Below are positions 34,310 to 46,457 of a stretch of DNA of 53,447 bases, in pieces. A program made the position numbers and the translations under genes. The notes under the pieces were generated by a model. That model made no database searches. It was not told where the DNA came from and worked only from the letters and a program-made list of their open reading frames with translations. The stretch is from Macrostomum lignano (Eukaryota): the NCBI GenBank assembly GCA_002269645.1, contig NIVC01000157.1:622345-675791 (forward strand), read 5' to 3'. How positions within the stretch are numbered: position 1 is the first letter of the stretch; every line of letters begins with the position of its first letter.

Positions 34310-36862
34310 TATATTATACTCCTAAATGTATGCACTTAAAGGAGTAATTCTCGGAGTAATTCAACAGCAAGTTTTTTAACCCGCTTGAAAAGCGGCTACG
34401 AGCGCGTAAAGCAATAAAACCATTTTAGGCTACAAGCCTGCGATTTAATTGGAGAAAGAGAGCGCATTTAATAAGTTGATGGACTAAGTCAATAGAAAAA
34501 GGTTTCACTGCTATCGCAATTAATTGCTCTCATTTGCTCTAATATTCATAAAAAATTAATAACAAGGGTGCTATTAGAGACCATAAAATTGGTCTTGATT
34601 GTTCCCAAAAAAACAGTGCTTGTTTTCGGCACAGACAATAATAATAATACATGTCGACATGTAGGATGATTTTTGATGTTTTAAGATGCAACATTGTTTT
34701 AAGAAGCGAATACGCTAACGAAGAGTTGACCTTTTTATAGTTGATGGTTTTAATTTGTGACTTAAAATGTGCTTCATTAATGTCTGTTTCTGTTCTTTCT
34801 GTAAATAAAACTCAAACCGTTCCTTCTATTCCGGGTCATCATTCCATATTGCATGACAAATCGAGTTGTCTATGGCTTGCTTTCCCCGGGTTAATTCAAA
34901 CACTTGGCTATAGAATTCTATGGGCCGTTCCGTTTTGCATGCCCACTGTTACACAAAGCACGACAAAAGCAATACGTTAATAATAATGACGTAAATGATC
35001 AGTTTTAAAGTTCAGTTCGTTCCGTTAAACAGACGTTCACTTTCGAAACATTAATGCTTACCATTAACACCGCTTAAAATTGAAAGTTCAATTCTACTTC
35101 ACCAGTCTTCGAGCAAACTTGCCACTCAAAGCCTCCAGATATTTATACTAGTTGCAGATTCGGACATCACAAAATGCAGCTCCTCCATTGATAATCTGGA
35201 TACCATTTGATCCGGCAGATTCGCCAAGTTCAACATTCTCAAAAAGCGAATCGCTCATAGAGTGTTAATTAGTCTCCTAATTAGACGGCTTTCAAAACAG
35301 AACATAAAATTCTTGCGTTCCTCTCATAAAAAAACTAAATAAAACCTTCCTTGTCCCTCTCTTTCCTAAACTTTGTCTATGGCGCAACTTTTGATCCATC
35401 AGCGAATCAGAGACAGACTTCTACCATCGACATTCTGCTCGGCTCCAACACCCAGCCTATCCCTTACATAGAGCCCGCAAATTTCTACATAGTCACCTGG
35501 AATTTTCTTACATTGAACAAGTTAATGACAATCATTATTGCCATCATTATGTCATTATTGTCGCAAGCGCACAAGCACGCAAGCCCTCAAAATTCGATAT
35601 TGACTGCTGCAAAGCTCCCCTTTACCAGCTGAAAATAGTCGTAGTCTTCTCCGACTCAGCGCTCCCTCTAAATTTCTATTTTATCTTCAGTGCGCAACTG
35701 TTTTACACATCACTGTAACTATCAAGACAAAAATAAATATTTCAATTTAGCAACTCTGCAACTGTGCTCTACTCTGCTCTACTCTTGCTCCGAAGCAACA
35801 TTGTTTAACAAGGTAGGAGAGCGCGGCTGCAGGTGTGGCTGCTGTTGTTGTGGCTGTTGTTGCTAAAGTAATTTATCTTTGTTACAATAAAAACTACAAA
35901 ATATGGGCAGCCTAGAGCTATAACGGTCATGACGGGTTCTTATGCAGTTCATGTACATGAGTCTCAATTTACGAGTACCTGAACAAGTGCAAAGTATACG
36001 GGTGTACGGGTATACATGTAAATAGCTAAGCTCAACCGGTTAAGCCAAAAGTACATTCCAACAGGTCAAAGTTGCGTCATTTCATAAGATAACGGTTCTA
36101 CCTGTAGAAGCTGTGCAGCTTCCAAACGGTATATGCACATGTACTGATTTTTTATTTGAAAAGTGCGTTTTTTTAAATTAAAAATATTTTTGCTGAGTAT
36201 TTAGAGCGACCAGCCGGGGTAAGTATCTGTTTTTAATGCAGAGGGATGTCAATCCATGTTAAAATGGTACATGTATGATAAGGACGCATCTTTTTTCAAT
36301 CTTAAAACCGCACATTTCGCTTCGATGCGCTTTTCCCCTACTGTCAGTAGGCTAGCTTATGAATATCTCCCCATTCTCTCATCCAGGCTAAGTTCTACAC
36401 TAATTTATTCCCTCACTATTAATTATGATAAATACTCAATGTACTCCTCTTAGGATTCTAATTTTGGATTGTTTACGCATCTTTGAAGGTCAGACTGTTT
36501 GGGTTTAAGACGGATTGACCTCTAGCAGTCTAGACGGGCGACACTAAGTCTGGGAGGAATGGTTTCAACCCCATTCTGACCCACAGATTTGCGGCTTTTT
36601 CACTGTTTTCAGTGATTTATGGCCGTCTAGCTGTCACTTTTGGCTCCAGCCTGTCTGGGTCAAAGAGGTCTTTCCAGCTTTCTCCCCACTCACTCTGTTA
36701 CTTTCTCCTTTAATTTATGGGTGTTTTGCTGTCACTTTTGGCGCCAGGGTGTCTAGACAAGTGGTTTTTATTATGTTTGCGCATGATTTATGACCGCACC
36801 TGTCATCTTCCCTGGGGTCTGAAGGCCACCTGGTAGGGTGGGTTTTGGGGTCTTGAGCCCAA

Positions 36863-36994
36863 CCAATCAGAGTCGACCTGACTGCTCCCGGCTTGACCAA
36901 TCAGAAAATTCGACGACTATTTTAACAAAAGCTCTCAGCCAATCGGAAAATTCGGCGTGCGTTATAACAAATCGGCTGCGTGAGAGCTATAAAA
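36863..36994 (+). promoter_or_regulatory. Triple CCAAT box plus TATA Pol II promoter, probably the U3 of a long LTR
   Basis: CCAAT at 36863, 36897 and 36939; TATAAAA at 36988-36994; a possible LTR end GTTACA at 37561 is followed by TGGCG at 37566. Confidence 0.45.
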
Positions 36995-39089
36995 GGCGGC
37001 AACTCGAACCGCGCTCGAAAACGCCCCCCCCCCGGTTTTTGTCCTTGCCAAGGCATTCTGGGGCGCTCGACTTGGCCTGATAGCCTGATACTGCCTTCAG
37101 GCTCTTCCCCCTGCGGTCCTGCCGACCTGATCCTCCTTCGCCCGGCAGTTTCAGCTTTGAAAGCTAAGTTTCCCCTGAGAAGCATCATTAATATCTCCCG
37201 GCAGTGATCTAAGAACAGCAACGACAACCGGCAAGTGAAGAGCAACAGCGTCACGCGTCAGTTAAGATCAGCAGCAGCATACCATCTGAGTGTTTCGGTC
37301 TCTGTGGATTCCCTGGCTACCGGCAGATAGGTCCTCTGATTGGTTTGTTGAGAGGCTCTCTTGACCTGCTTAACTGGGTGCACCCTTTGTCTGACCCCTT
37401 CCTAGGTAGTCTGATAGGATTTGCACTTTTGCTTACTTGCTTTTGTGTGCCAATCTCGGGGCAGAAGTGTCAGTTAATATTAAAAGTAGTCATTTGCTCT
37501 AACTCAATCTAAAGTGTTTAGGATTGCGGATTAAGTGAGAAAGTTAAATCTGGAAGTTACAGACTTGGCGTTTTCTTTCTTTTTCGCAATGCCAGCTGAG
37601 ATGAGCGGCTAAATCTAGAGGCAGAGGTCATAGTGGACCGGAAGCGGTACAGTTCCCAGTAAATCAGTCGATCTAAGAAATCATTATGTTAAGCATGCAA
37701 ATTAAGAGCCAGACTGTCGCTTTGGCGCGGTCACAGGCAGTTAAGCGGCTTAAGTAAGTTAAATATTAGTCTAACGATCTCCGAAAGTGACAATGCATCT
37801 ACATCATCGCTATCTGTCGACGTGTTAACACATTTAGTGCCAAAAGCGTGCAGTTACGTGTACTTTTACATGTACTTCTGGGAATTTGGTAATGAAATAG
37901 TACATTTAGTAGTGCATGAAGGCTCGCCAGCGCAAGAACCCCCTGCAAAAGTCCTCTCTGTCCCTGCATGGCCAATGCAATCTTAGTCCCAGCAGCGTCC
38001 CTTCTATTCGGCTATGACTTCGAGATGGACAGCTAAAAGACACTAGATGGCAGGTAAGTGCAGCGCCCCTCTAGTCAGAAGTCCGATTTCGATAGCTCCG
38101 GTTTGGTGAGCCGGGGCGCACGGACTGGTGGCAGCGGGTTAGTTAATCTGCGGATTAGCTAATCTCTACCTTTCAAATTCTCCCTGCTTGTCTCTCGCTG
38201 TCTTCTCCTAGCTATAGGACCTTGCTGCTCGCCCACAATCTAGCTACCATGGGGCTGACCATCTGACAGGAGTGAGAGGCCAGAGTTCTAAGTGATTCAT
38301 TTCTGAATTCTGAGGCCCGAAGCTATAGGCTTAAAAAGGCCGAAGCCATCATGTACATGTTATATTCCTTACTTGTGTACACTACATTATCAAATAAGCA
38401 AAATCAATGTTTTTGACGTCGTGCCGAACATACCAGTACATGAATTTGCTGACGTTTCGTATGTTACATTATTTGCTATATGGATGTTGACGTCAGGGCT
38501 GCACCAACAACTACATTGTATATAAAATGTAGAGAAAATCACTAGCTGGTTCACCGCGCCCTATCTCCAAGTGCGTAAAATTTTGCACCTATTTAGTTTC
38601 TTTTTACGTATCCTGTACGTTTTAGCATTAAACATCAAACGACTGTATTATGCACAGTTATCCTATCTATCCTCGTCTATCTATCCAATACCACGAATCC
38701 ATTTATATGTTGATTTGAGACGGTTATGCTTTGACAGAGTATTTTCTAGAAAGCGTTACTACTTTGGAAAATTGCAGGTTTGCAGAAGTAGCTCATATAT
38801 CCTGTTAATAATCCGTACTAGCTCACGCAAATTATTAGTAACTTTGTGAAAGTGCACGTTATTTTGTATAATTTTTGTCTCTCTCTCTCTCTCTTCCCTC
38901 TCTCCCTCTCCTCCCTGTCTCCCTCTTCTACCTCTTATTCAGTCAGATTACAAGAAACTATTAATTTAGCCGGGTTATCCGAGAAACGGACAGTTATCTA
39001 TAGTCGGAATGTCGGATTCTAAGAAACGACATTTACGGTAGAATATAAGGGTTACAAGCAAATCACAGTCACCTAATACTAACAGCAGA

Positions 39090-39947
39090 GGGGTCAATTT
39101 TATAAAACACGGATAGCAGACATTTATCTATAGTTAATGGTTAAAGTTTGGGGTCGAGTTTTATAAACACACTGGTAGCTAACCACGGTTAACTGTCTAT
39201 GGTTTTAGATTTATAAATCTACTGCAGAGTAAAGATTCGATTTTATAAAACAAGCAGACTGATAGTTAGAGCAAAATTTTAACTGATTAACTTTTATCCA
39301 AGTCAGAAATGGAATTTTTGCATTCGCATGATTTGCTGCGTGCGAAGCAACGCCGATCTCCGCGTATTTTCTTGACAGGAGGAACTTCCTTGTCAATGCA
39401 GACTTCAGAGAACGCTTTCGTGTCAACCCTGCTACCGCGGAGGAGTTGCTGCAACGAATCGGAGAGCAATTATCACCTGCAACGCAAAAAAACCAAGCTT
39501 TGTCTCCAACGGAGCAGCTTCTAACAGCACTTCGGTTTATGCCACAAACAGCTTCTACCACATGTTCAGAGACGCACACGGGCCACCCGAAGCTACTGTC
39601 TGTCAAGTGGTCCGCAAAGTCTCGCGGTTGGTAAATGAGGAACTCTTTTAAGAGTTGTCGGCTGGCCGAATCAAGATGCTTCATTATCAATCTGCCGGAA
39701 GTTTTTTCACAAAGCGTCTATGCCGTCGGTCAGTGGCATTATCGATAGGACTCTCGTGCCGGTTGTGTCGCCAAGAAATAACGAGGAGCAGTTTGTCGAC
39801 CGTAAGGGGAACCACTCTTCGAACGTGATGCTAGTTGCTGGCCTACAGCACCAGTTCTTGGCATGCAATGCTTCATGGCCTGGAAGTGTCAACGATGCTC
39901 GAGTGTTGCACAGTAGTAGTCTATACACGGAATTTGAGAACAATGAC
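39090..39947 (+). mobile_element. PIF/Harbinger element 1 (left end and truncated HARBI1-like transposase)
   Basis: GGGGTCAATTTTATAAAAC-type end motif; frames giving FRERFR, ALSPTEQLLTALRF, GIIDRTLVP, FVDRKGNHSSNV and SWPGSVNDARVL; cut at 39947 by a Gypsy LTR. Confidence 0.8.
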
Positions 39948-40820
39948 TGTTAGTTTTTTGAGAAGAGTCAGTGTGTAAGGCTAGTTAAAAACTCTTATGG
40001 CTAGAAACTGGCCTAGCCCCGACTTATATATTTAACTAAGCCAGCGATGCACATTGTAGAACGTACACAAAGCCAGTGCGCATAAATGAAGCATTTTAGC
40101 ATTATTGAATGGATGGATTGAGCTCTCAGTAAAATCAAATCACCCGATACATCGATACACAATGGGCCGTATGAATAAAACGTGAGAAAATCTTTAAAGA
40201 TTATCTTTCGAGCCAAGAATTTCTTTAAAGAAATTCTTTTCCGGCAAGAAAATCTGTTGGAGAAAATCTTACGAGTCAAGATATTCTAGAAAAGACATGA
40301 ATAAAAGTTTCTCGGCTCGTGAGATTTTCTCGGCGACTGCCACTTGGCTGAAAGTTGTCTAGGGCCCAAACCAAGATGTCGGTGACGTGGAATCGACGGC
40401 CGTCTCCTCAGGCTTGGGCGCAGCCCATGCTGTGTCTATGGCTAAAACCACGTGAACACCGAAAATCCGTCCAGAAAAATCCTACTAGAAAGTGGCAAAA
40501 TCCATGTGGAGTTTACCTGAACATCAGGTGACAGGAAAGTCACTTTGCTTTGAAATTTTACCCTGAGATTGAGCGTCCTGGCATCGAATGGTTGCCAATT
40601 TTTTACATGTATATCGTGATTACTCTTTGCAGGAGCCCAGAAACAATGCAAAAAAAACTGCGAGCATGTTATAAGACGCTGCGTGGGGGGTAGAAATGGG
40701 AGCTGCCGTGTGTACAAAACTGTGTCCTTGGACCGTTCGCAAGCTGAGCGACGTAAATAGCCTACCAGTGAAGTATGCTACCAGATTTCATTGAAACCGC
40801 GCAATCTTCTCTCGAGAAAC

Positions 40821-41459
40821 ATGTCTGCCGCATCGGATGCCGAGTCTGAAAGTCAACAGGAAGCCGAGGAGGAAGCCGACTACATTGTCAACGTACTCTC
40901 TAAGCACCCGGTTCTCTTATCAAAGAGTAGCACGCCCGTCGTGAAGAAGAAGGAGGAGGCGGCCATTGCAGCATTGTGCGCTGAGTTAGAAATGCTGACA
41001 GGAAAGCTGTTCGAGACCGGCAAAACATCGAAGAAGATCGCCAACATGAAGACGCGTATGAAGGGCAAGGTGGATCGAAATAGGACAGGGAATCGTCCCA
41101 TAAAACTTCTTCCATGGGAATCCAGGTTGGCCCGCATAATGGACGCGGATTCGAATCCAACAATGTCGCAAACTCCAGGGGCAAGTGCGGCTGGATTCCA
41201 AGCAAGTGCAACCGTCGTCTCGCCACAGCCAGCTGATGAGAGACGTTCACCCTCCGTGCAGCCTAAGGAACCAGCGAGGAAGCGTCGCATGTCTGGCGAG
41301 ACAGAGGAGACAGAGAAGTTGGGCAACGCCGATTTGCAACGACTGGTGCTGCTGGAGCAGCTGCGCTACGTCAGACTGAAAAGGCGACTGGTGATGGAGT
41401 CTCAGGCGAGCAGACCTGCTCTTCGCCCTCCGTCGTACGGAAACGGGTACCAGGATTGA
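40821..41459 (+). CDS. Harbinger Myb/SANT-like DNA-binding accessory protein
   Basis: KHPVLLSK...KKIANMKTRMK...NRTGNRPIKLLPWE...NP pattern typical of the Harbinger Myb/SANT (trihelix-like) ORF; open 212 codons from ATG 40821. Confidence 0.75.
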   Translation: MSAASDAESESQQEAEEEADYIVNVLSKHPVLLSKSSTPVVKKKEEAAIAALCAELEMLTGKLFETGKTSKKIANMKTRMKGKVDRNRTGNRPIKLLPWESRLARIMDADSNPTMSQTPGASAAGFQASATVVSPQPADERRSPSVQPKEPARKRRMSGETEETEKLGNADLQRLVLLEQLRYVRLKRRLVMESQASRPALRPPSYGNGYQD

Positions 41460-41685
41460 CGGCCCTGCAGACGTTAGTAATTGTTGTTAGTAATTCAGAC
41501 CGAAAAAATGCGACGAACAGCATATAGGTACTTGTTGTTTTGTTGATCGCTCTAAGGCTGAAAGTCGCATATATGTACCACTGTACTGTTTCTTGTTTGT
41601 TATTTAGACAGAGAAAATGTGACGAAGAGAAGACATTTGTCTGTTGCTTTGTTGATCGCTATAAGGCTGAAAATCACATACTTAC

Positions 41686-42493
41686 GACTGCTTGTTTTTT
41701 TCAAACTGCTGCTCCGTTTCGGGTTGCGGATACGGCGTCATTAGGAACGGTTCGATTCCGTACCCAGAGTCACCGAGGAGCACTCCAGAATTGACTCTGG
41801 TCGTGAGTAGATGACTGGAAAGTGTTTAACTTGCTACGTAAAATATATAAAGTTTACCATTTGCCCACTTGGAATCAGATTCTAAGTATGAATACGAGGT
41901 ACTCACGCGTACAGCGCCGAGTTCTTGAGCACTCTACTGTCGTGCACCGAGCCAGGCCAACTCGCATCCAAACTAGTGAACACGCACTTCTCGGAGCACG
42001 TTGCCTGAACATTGATGGAGGGAAACCCCTTCCGGTTGATGTACTCGTCACCGGCTGCTCCTGAGGGCTTTTCGATCCTCACATGCGTGCAGTCAATTGC
42101 CCCGATGGCCGACGGGAAGCCCATTGCTTCAGTGAACTGTGCCTTAGCACGGTTCGCTGAAGCACCTTCCTGTGGAAATTGAATCCATTCGTGAGACAGC
42201 CGCGCGATACTCTGCAGGACGTCCCAAACAACATTTGACACCGTGCTTTGATGAACACCTGTCTCCTTGGCAACACCGGATTGAAAGCCAGGGTTGCTCA
42301 GGTACCGCAGCGTGATCTCCATCTTCTGTTTCGGTGTCAGCGCACCGCCCCTTGTCTCGGAAGTATGTCCTAGGAAGCGCGTTGTCAGAAAGGTCACGTG
42401 ATCCTCAGTGAATCGATGAAGCTGTCTATATGTCTCCACTGGAGTGGCCTGTCGGGGCAGGTACTCCTTGGTCTTTCTGATCTGAAGGAACAT
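41686..42493 (-). pseudogene. HARBI1-like DDE transposase, two exons, C-terminal exon missing
   Basis: Exon 1 (42493-41907): GAIDCTHV, INRKGFPSINVQ, SWPGSVHDSRVL. GT..AG intron 41906-41815. Exon 2 (41814-41686) in frame: LLGDSGYGIEPFLMTPYP. Donor GTAAG at 41685, with no downstream ER.FG.LK motif. Confidence 0.85.
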
Positions 42494-43110
42494 CTCGTGT
42501 CTCGTGTTATGGGCGCTGAAGATTCGCTTGAGCCAGAGAAGGAGTTGCTCGCATAAAACTCAAGTGTCGGCTCTCTCGGCGAGAAAATCACGTCTTTTAT
42601 TCATCAGAAAGCAAGAAAATCTTTTCCTCGTGAGATTTTCTTGCCGAGCAAATCTTTTCTTGTGAAAGCTCGAGATTTTCTTGGCGAAAAAATCTTGCAA
42701 GAAACTCGCAGTTTTTTATTCTTATAAACGCAAGAAATTCTTGGATTTCTTGCAAGAAAAAAATTTCTTTTTTTTATTCATACGGCCCAATGCAATGCAC
42801 AACATCTCCCTTACGAAAGTTATTTATTCGAAAACGATCGAAATAAAATAGCATTGGTGCGAACTTATATCTCTGAGAAAGGTATGAAAAACGCAATATT
42901 GAACAGATACTGTATGAGCAGGATAAAAACAAAAATCATATTTGTTATAAGGTTAGTAAGTTATGCAATCCGAGATATTAGAGGAATACAGAAAGTATTA
43001 CAATGTTATGGCCGAATGCTGCAAGCTGATTTTTTAGATGCTTAAAAAAGTTTAAGTTAGCTCAAGAATAAGTACTACATCAAGTGACAGTCACCAGCAG
43101 CTTACAGTAC

Positions 43111-45637
43111 TTAGGCTGCCTGGTAATACTCAGGAGTCTTGACAGCTCGGCCACGCATAGTCCGATAAGGCCCATCTCGCTGCACGGCGGCTGGCTGCAT
43201 GGAGGCCGGCTGCATGGAGGCCGGCTGCATGGAGGCCGGCTGCACGGAGGCCAGCTGCATGGAGGCCGGCTGCATGGAGGCTGGCTGCATGGAGGTCGGC
43301 TGCACGGAGGCCGGCTGACAATCTCCCTGCTCGTCCTCTTCGCTGCTCTGTTGGAATTCACCGACTGTCACACCAATCTTCCGAGGCCTGATGAAGCGGC
43401 GGTTCCGTCTGAGCAACTGTCCAGTCTCAGCGAATGCGAGAACTCCCCAAGGTCGTACTGGGTTCGAACTATCAATCTCAGCTGCCACCCACTCGCGACG
43501 ACCGCGTTGTAACCACACCAGATCACCAGCTGCTAGCTTCTGCAACGGTCGAGCTCGGCGATTGTACAGTTGCGCTGCTCTAATGCGCTCTTTTTCAAAA
43601 GGCTCAATGCAGGAGTGAAGATGAATTTTCTTTGGCCGCAAGTCCTTGACAGTCGCTGGCAGGTCACATCGAAGCTTACGGCCGAAAGCCATCTCCGCCG
43701 GGCTTGGAAAGCCGCTGCCGACCGGAGTGTTGCGGTAGTGAAGCAGTGACAACTCCAGACTTTGGCCTGTCTCGGAGCATTTCTTCAACATGTTTTTAGC
43801 TGTCTGTACGTAGCGCTCAGCTCTCCCGTTCGACTACGGGTACGTTGGACTCGAGGTTCGGTGCTCCGAATTCAGCCATTGTCTGTCGAAACTCGCGAGC
43901 AGAAAACTGCGGGCCTCCATCACTGACTAGCTTCTCTGGCACTCCAAAGCTTTGAAAATGATCCCGTATCGCACTCGCGACAGCCAAGCTTGTGGCTGAT
44001 CTCATCCGTGTGACCCTCATCCAGCAGCTGTAGGAGTCAACGTACACCAAGTAGGATCCACCAGTGAACTCAAATAGGTCAGTCGAACAGACTTGGAACG
44101 GAAAATCCGGCATATTCACAGACATCAGCGCGACACGACTGGCACGACTCGCATTCACTAACGACCTGCTCTACGCAGTTCTGCATTCCTGGCCAGTAGA
44201 AATAGTCCTTGGCCTTCAAGTCCATTTTCACGATGCCAGGGTGCCCCGCATGTAGAATTTTGAGCACTGATTTCCGGGCGTGGCCGTTTGGGACATAGAT
44301 ACGGTCCTTCAGGCATAGAAGACCGGAGGCATACGTCAAGTCATTTCGAATATCCCAAAAAGGCTTCAGATCATCTGAAAACTTTGACCGATGCTCTGGC
44401 CAACCCTCCTGGATGACAGTTCGCAAACGCTCACTAGTCACATCTGCTGTCGCAGTCTTCATCATCTGCAAGATTTCTCGATTACCACTAAAGCAGCGTT
44501 CCACCGATAAAACTTGGCCGTCAAGCGCAGTCTCAAGCTGAATAGTGAGAAGATCAGCTGCACCGTGAGCTCGACTTAAAGTGTCGGCTACATAAAGGTC
44601 TTTGCCGGGCGTGTACTTCACGCGGATGTCATAAGGCTGAAACTGAAGCAGGAGTCGCTGAATTCGAGGAGTAGTGACGCACAAAGCCTTTTTTAAGATC
44701 GATTCAAGTGGCTTGTGATCGCTTTGCACTTGCACCGTACGACCCCAGATATAACGATGGAATTTTTTGCAACCATAGACGATGGCCAAAAGCTCCTTCT
44801 TAATCTGCGCGTACGCGCGCTGAGCACTTGTCATAGCCGAAGACGCGTATTCGACGGGGCGATCCTCTCGAAGAAGCACTGCGCCGATGCCGCTCTTGCT
44901 TGCATCAACTGAGACTGTGACAGGCTTGTTGGTGTCAAACGTGGCTAACACTCGGCTTGAGCATAGTTCCGCGACGATCTCATCACAAGCTTGGTCGTGT
45001 TGATCCACCCAGCTCCATATAACCTCTTTCTTCAGCAGGTGTCTCAGTGGCTCTGCAGTGGCAGACAAGTGTGGGCAGAATCTGGCCAAGTACGTGACGC
45101 AGCCAAGAAACCGCCTCAGCTGTTCTTTCTTTGCTGTCACGCCTTCAAGAGAATCGGGTCTTGCCATCTCTTTGATCGCTTTAACCTTCTGGGGATCAGC
45201 CCTCAGTCCATCAGGTCCGAGAATGTCCCCTGAATAGCTTAGCTCTGGGACTCCAACTTTCACCTTGCTGGGATTCAGCGTCACGTTTGCACGCTTGCAC
45301 TGCTCCATTAGCTGGCGCACCGCCGTATTGTGCTCCTCGATCGTGCGTCCCCACAAAATAATATCATCGAAGAAGTTTTTTGCGTTTTCCACATGGCTGG
45401 TAACATTTTCTTACATGCGTTTCTGAAACACTTCTGGGATCGAAGATAGGCCATACGGCACACGCTTCCACCTGTATCGACCAAACGGAGTGTGGAAAGT
45501 GGTAAGAGACAAACTCTTCTCATCTAGCTTAAGCTGGTGAAAGCTCTCCTTTGCGTCGAATGTGCTAAATACAGCGGCTCCAGCAGTTGCCATGCGGACC
45601 TCCTCAGCTGTTGGGATTGGGTGATATTGTACGGGAA
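43111..45637 (-). pseudogene. Gypsy E pol (RT, RNase H, integrase), frameshifted
   Basis: HPIPTAEEV, PYGLSS, FFDDIILWG, VSVDASKSGIG, HAGHPG...YWPGM, SDGGPQF, LLHYRNTP motifs in ORFs 45411-45593, 44079-45392, 43817-44158 and 43111-43791. Confidence 0.92.
43179..43313 (-). repeat. 9 x 15-bp in-frame repeat encoding (QPASM)n in the integrase tail
   Basis: GCTGCATGGAGGCCG unit counted directly. Confidence 0.95.
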
Positions 45638-45639
45638 GC

Positions 45640-46156
45640 AGGATGACCTTCTACGTCTGTACATGTCCGTCCTTCCGTCTGAAACGAAAGATGACACTAT
45701 GTTCCCGCGACCAATGGCCAGTTCCGCTTTACAATTTGCTTTCTCAAGTAAGCAAGTCCGAGGCATAAACTGGCTATGTACGTACATGCAGCGGATCAGC
45801 AAGATGTGCAGCCTGAGCAAGGGATATACAAACCACTGCATCCGCGTCACTCGCATTGCTGATCTGAAAGATTCAGGCTATTCTGTGTCTGACATCATGA
45901 GCAATACTGGCCAACAAATGGAGTCTACTGTGCGGCGGATCTCTCCCAGAAGCGTGACAGCGCGATTCTAGACATGGCAACTACTGTGGGTGCTACGTTA
46001 GAACTACGCGGTGTGAATGCCGACAGCAGTGGTATCTGCGTCTCTACTAGCAGCAAAAGCATCATCGGCCACGAGACAACAACTCTTCGGGAGGATACCA
46101 ATTCTGCAGTGTTCTCCAACTGCCAGTTCGCAAATTGTACGATCAATATCAATTAG
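45640..46156 (+). pseudogene. Crypton-like (DUF3504-type) tyrosine recombinase C-terminal fragment
   Basis: MFPRP...GINWL..YMQRISKMCSLSKGYTNHCIRVT.I..L..SG....IMSNTGQ matches the YTNHSxRAT...IMxxTGH pattern; ends in FSNCQFANCTININ. Conserved TGH His and catalytic Tyr appear lost. Confidence 0.75.
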
Positions 46157-46457
46157 TAGTAGGAATACGTGACAGGGCAATAACATATGTGTTCACCACT
46201 TTTTGTTGTACTAACATGAGTCGTATTTGTTTTGCTTTTTGCTTGTTGTTCTCATATTATATTTTTACCCTGCGAAAATTGTCTGCACGCAATCTTTGAA
46301 CACGTAATACGAACCAATAAATATTAGACCATGGTCTATGGTCAAAATATCTGCTCTAGCGTGCAACAATCAGAATCGTTGCCAGTAGGCTTGATCTATG
46401 TGACAATGGTGACGTTTGACACCCACTGAGTTGGTTCATCAACCTGGACAATGGTTC

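Larger units (their letters stand above)
40164..42788. mobile_element. PIF/Harbinger element 2 (2625 bp)
   Basis: 17-bp TIR GGGCCGTATGAATAAAA; 3-bp TSD AAT at 40161-40163 and 42789-42791; many AGAAAATC/GATTTTCT subterminal motifs; convergent Myb-like and transposase genes. Confidence 0.93.
39948..45637 (-). mobile_element. Ty3/Gypsy 3' half (E): RT-RH-IN, PPT and 3' LTR interrupted by Harbinger 2
   Basis: PPT AAGGGAGA at 42812-42805; LTR TGTTG at 42804 resumes at 40163 and ends CTAACA at 39948 (~229 bp reconstructed); pol fragments at 43111-45637. Confidence 0.85.

Noticed and set aside
35050-35700. Exon-like blocks with GT/AG signals on the minus strand
   Set aside because: All frames examined contain stops and no protein motif was recognised.
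38303-38346. Hammerhead-ribozyme-like CTGA...TGAGGCC...GGCCGAAG
   Set aside because: The core has a 4-nt insertion and GAAG instead of GAAA, and no stem III/UH or stem I pairing could be built.
40425-40460. PCCVYG*N, resembling a THAP domain start inside Harbinger 2
   Set aside because: Immediate stop codon and no downstream THAP Pro/Trp/Cys/His pattern.
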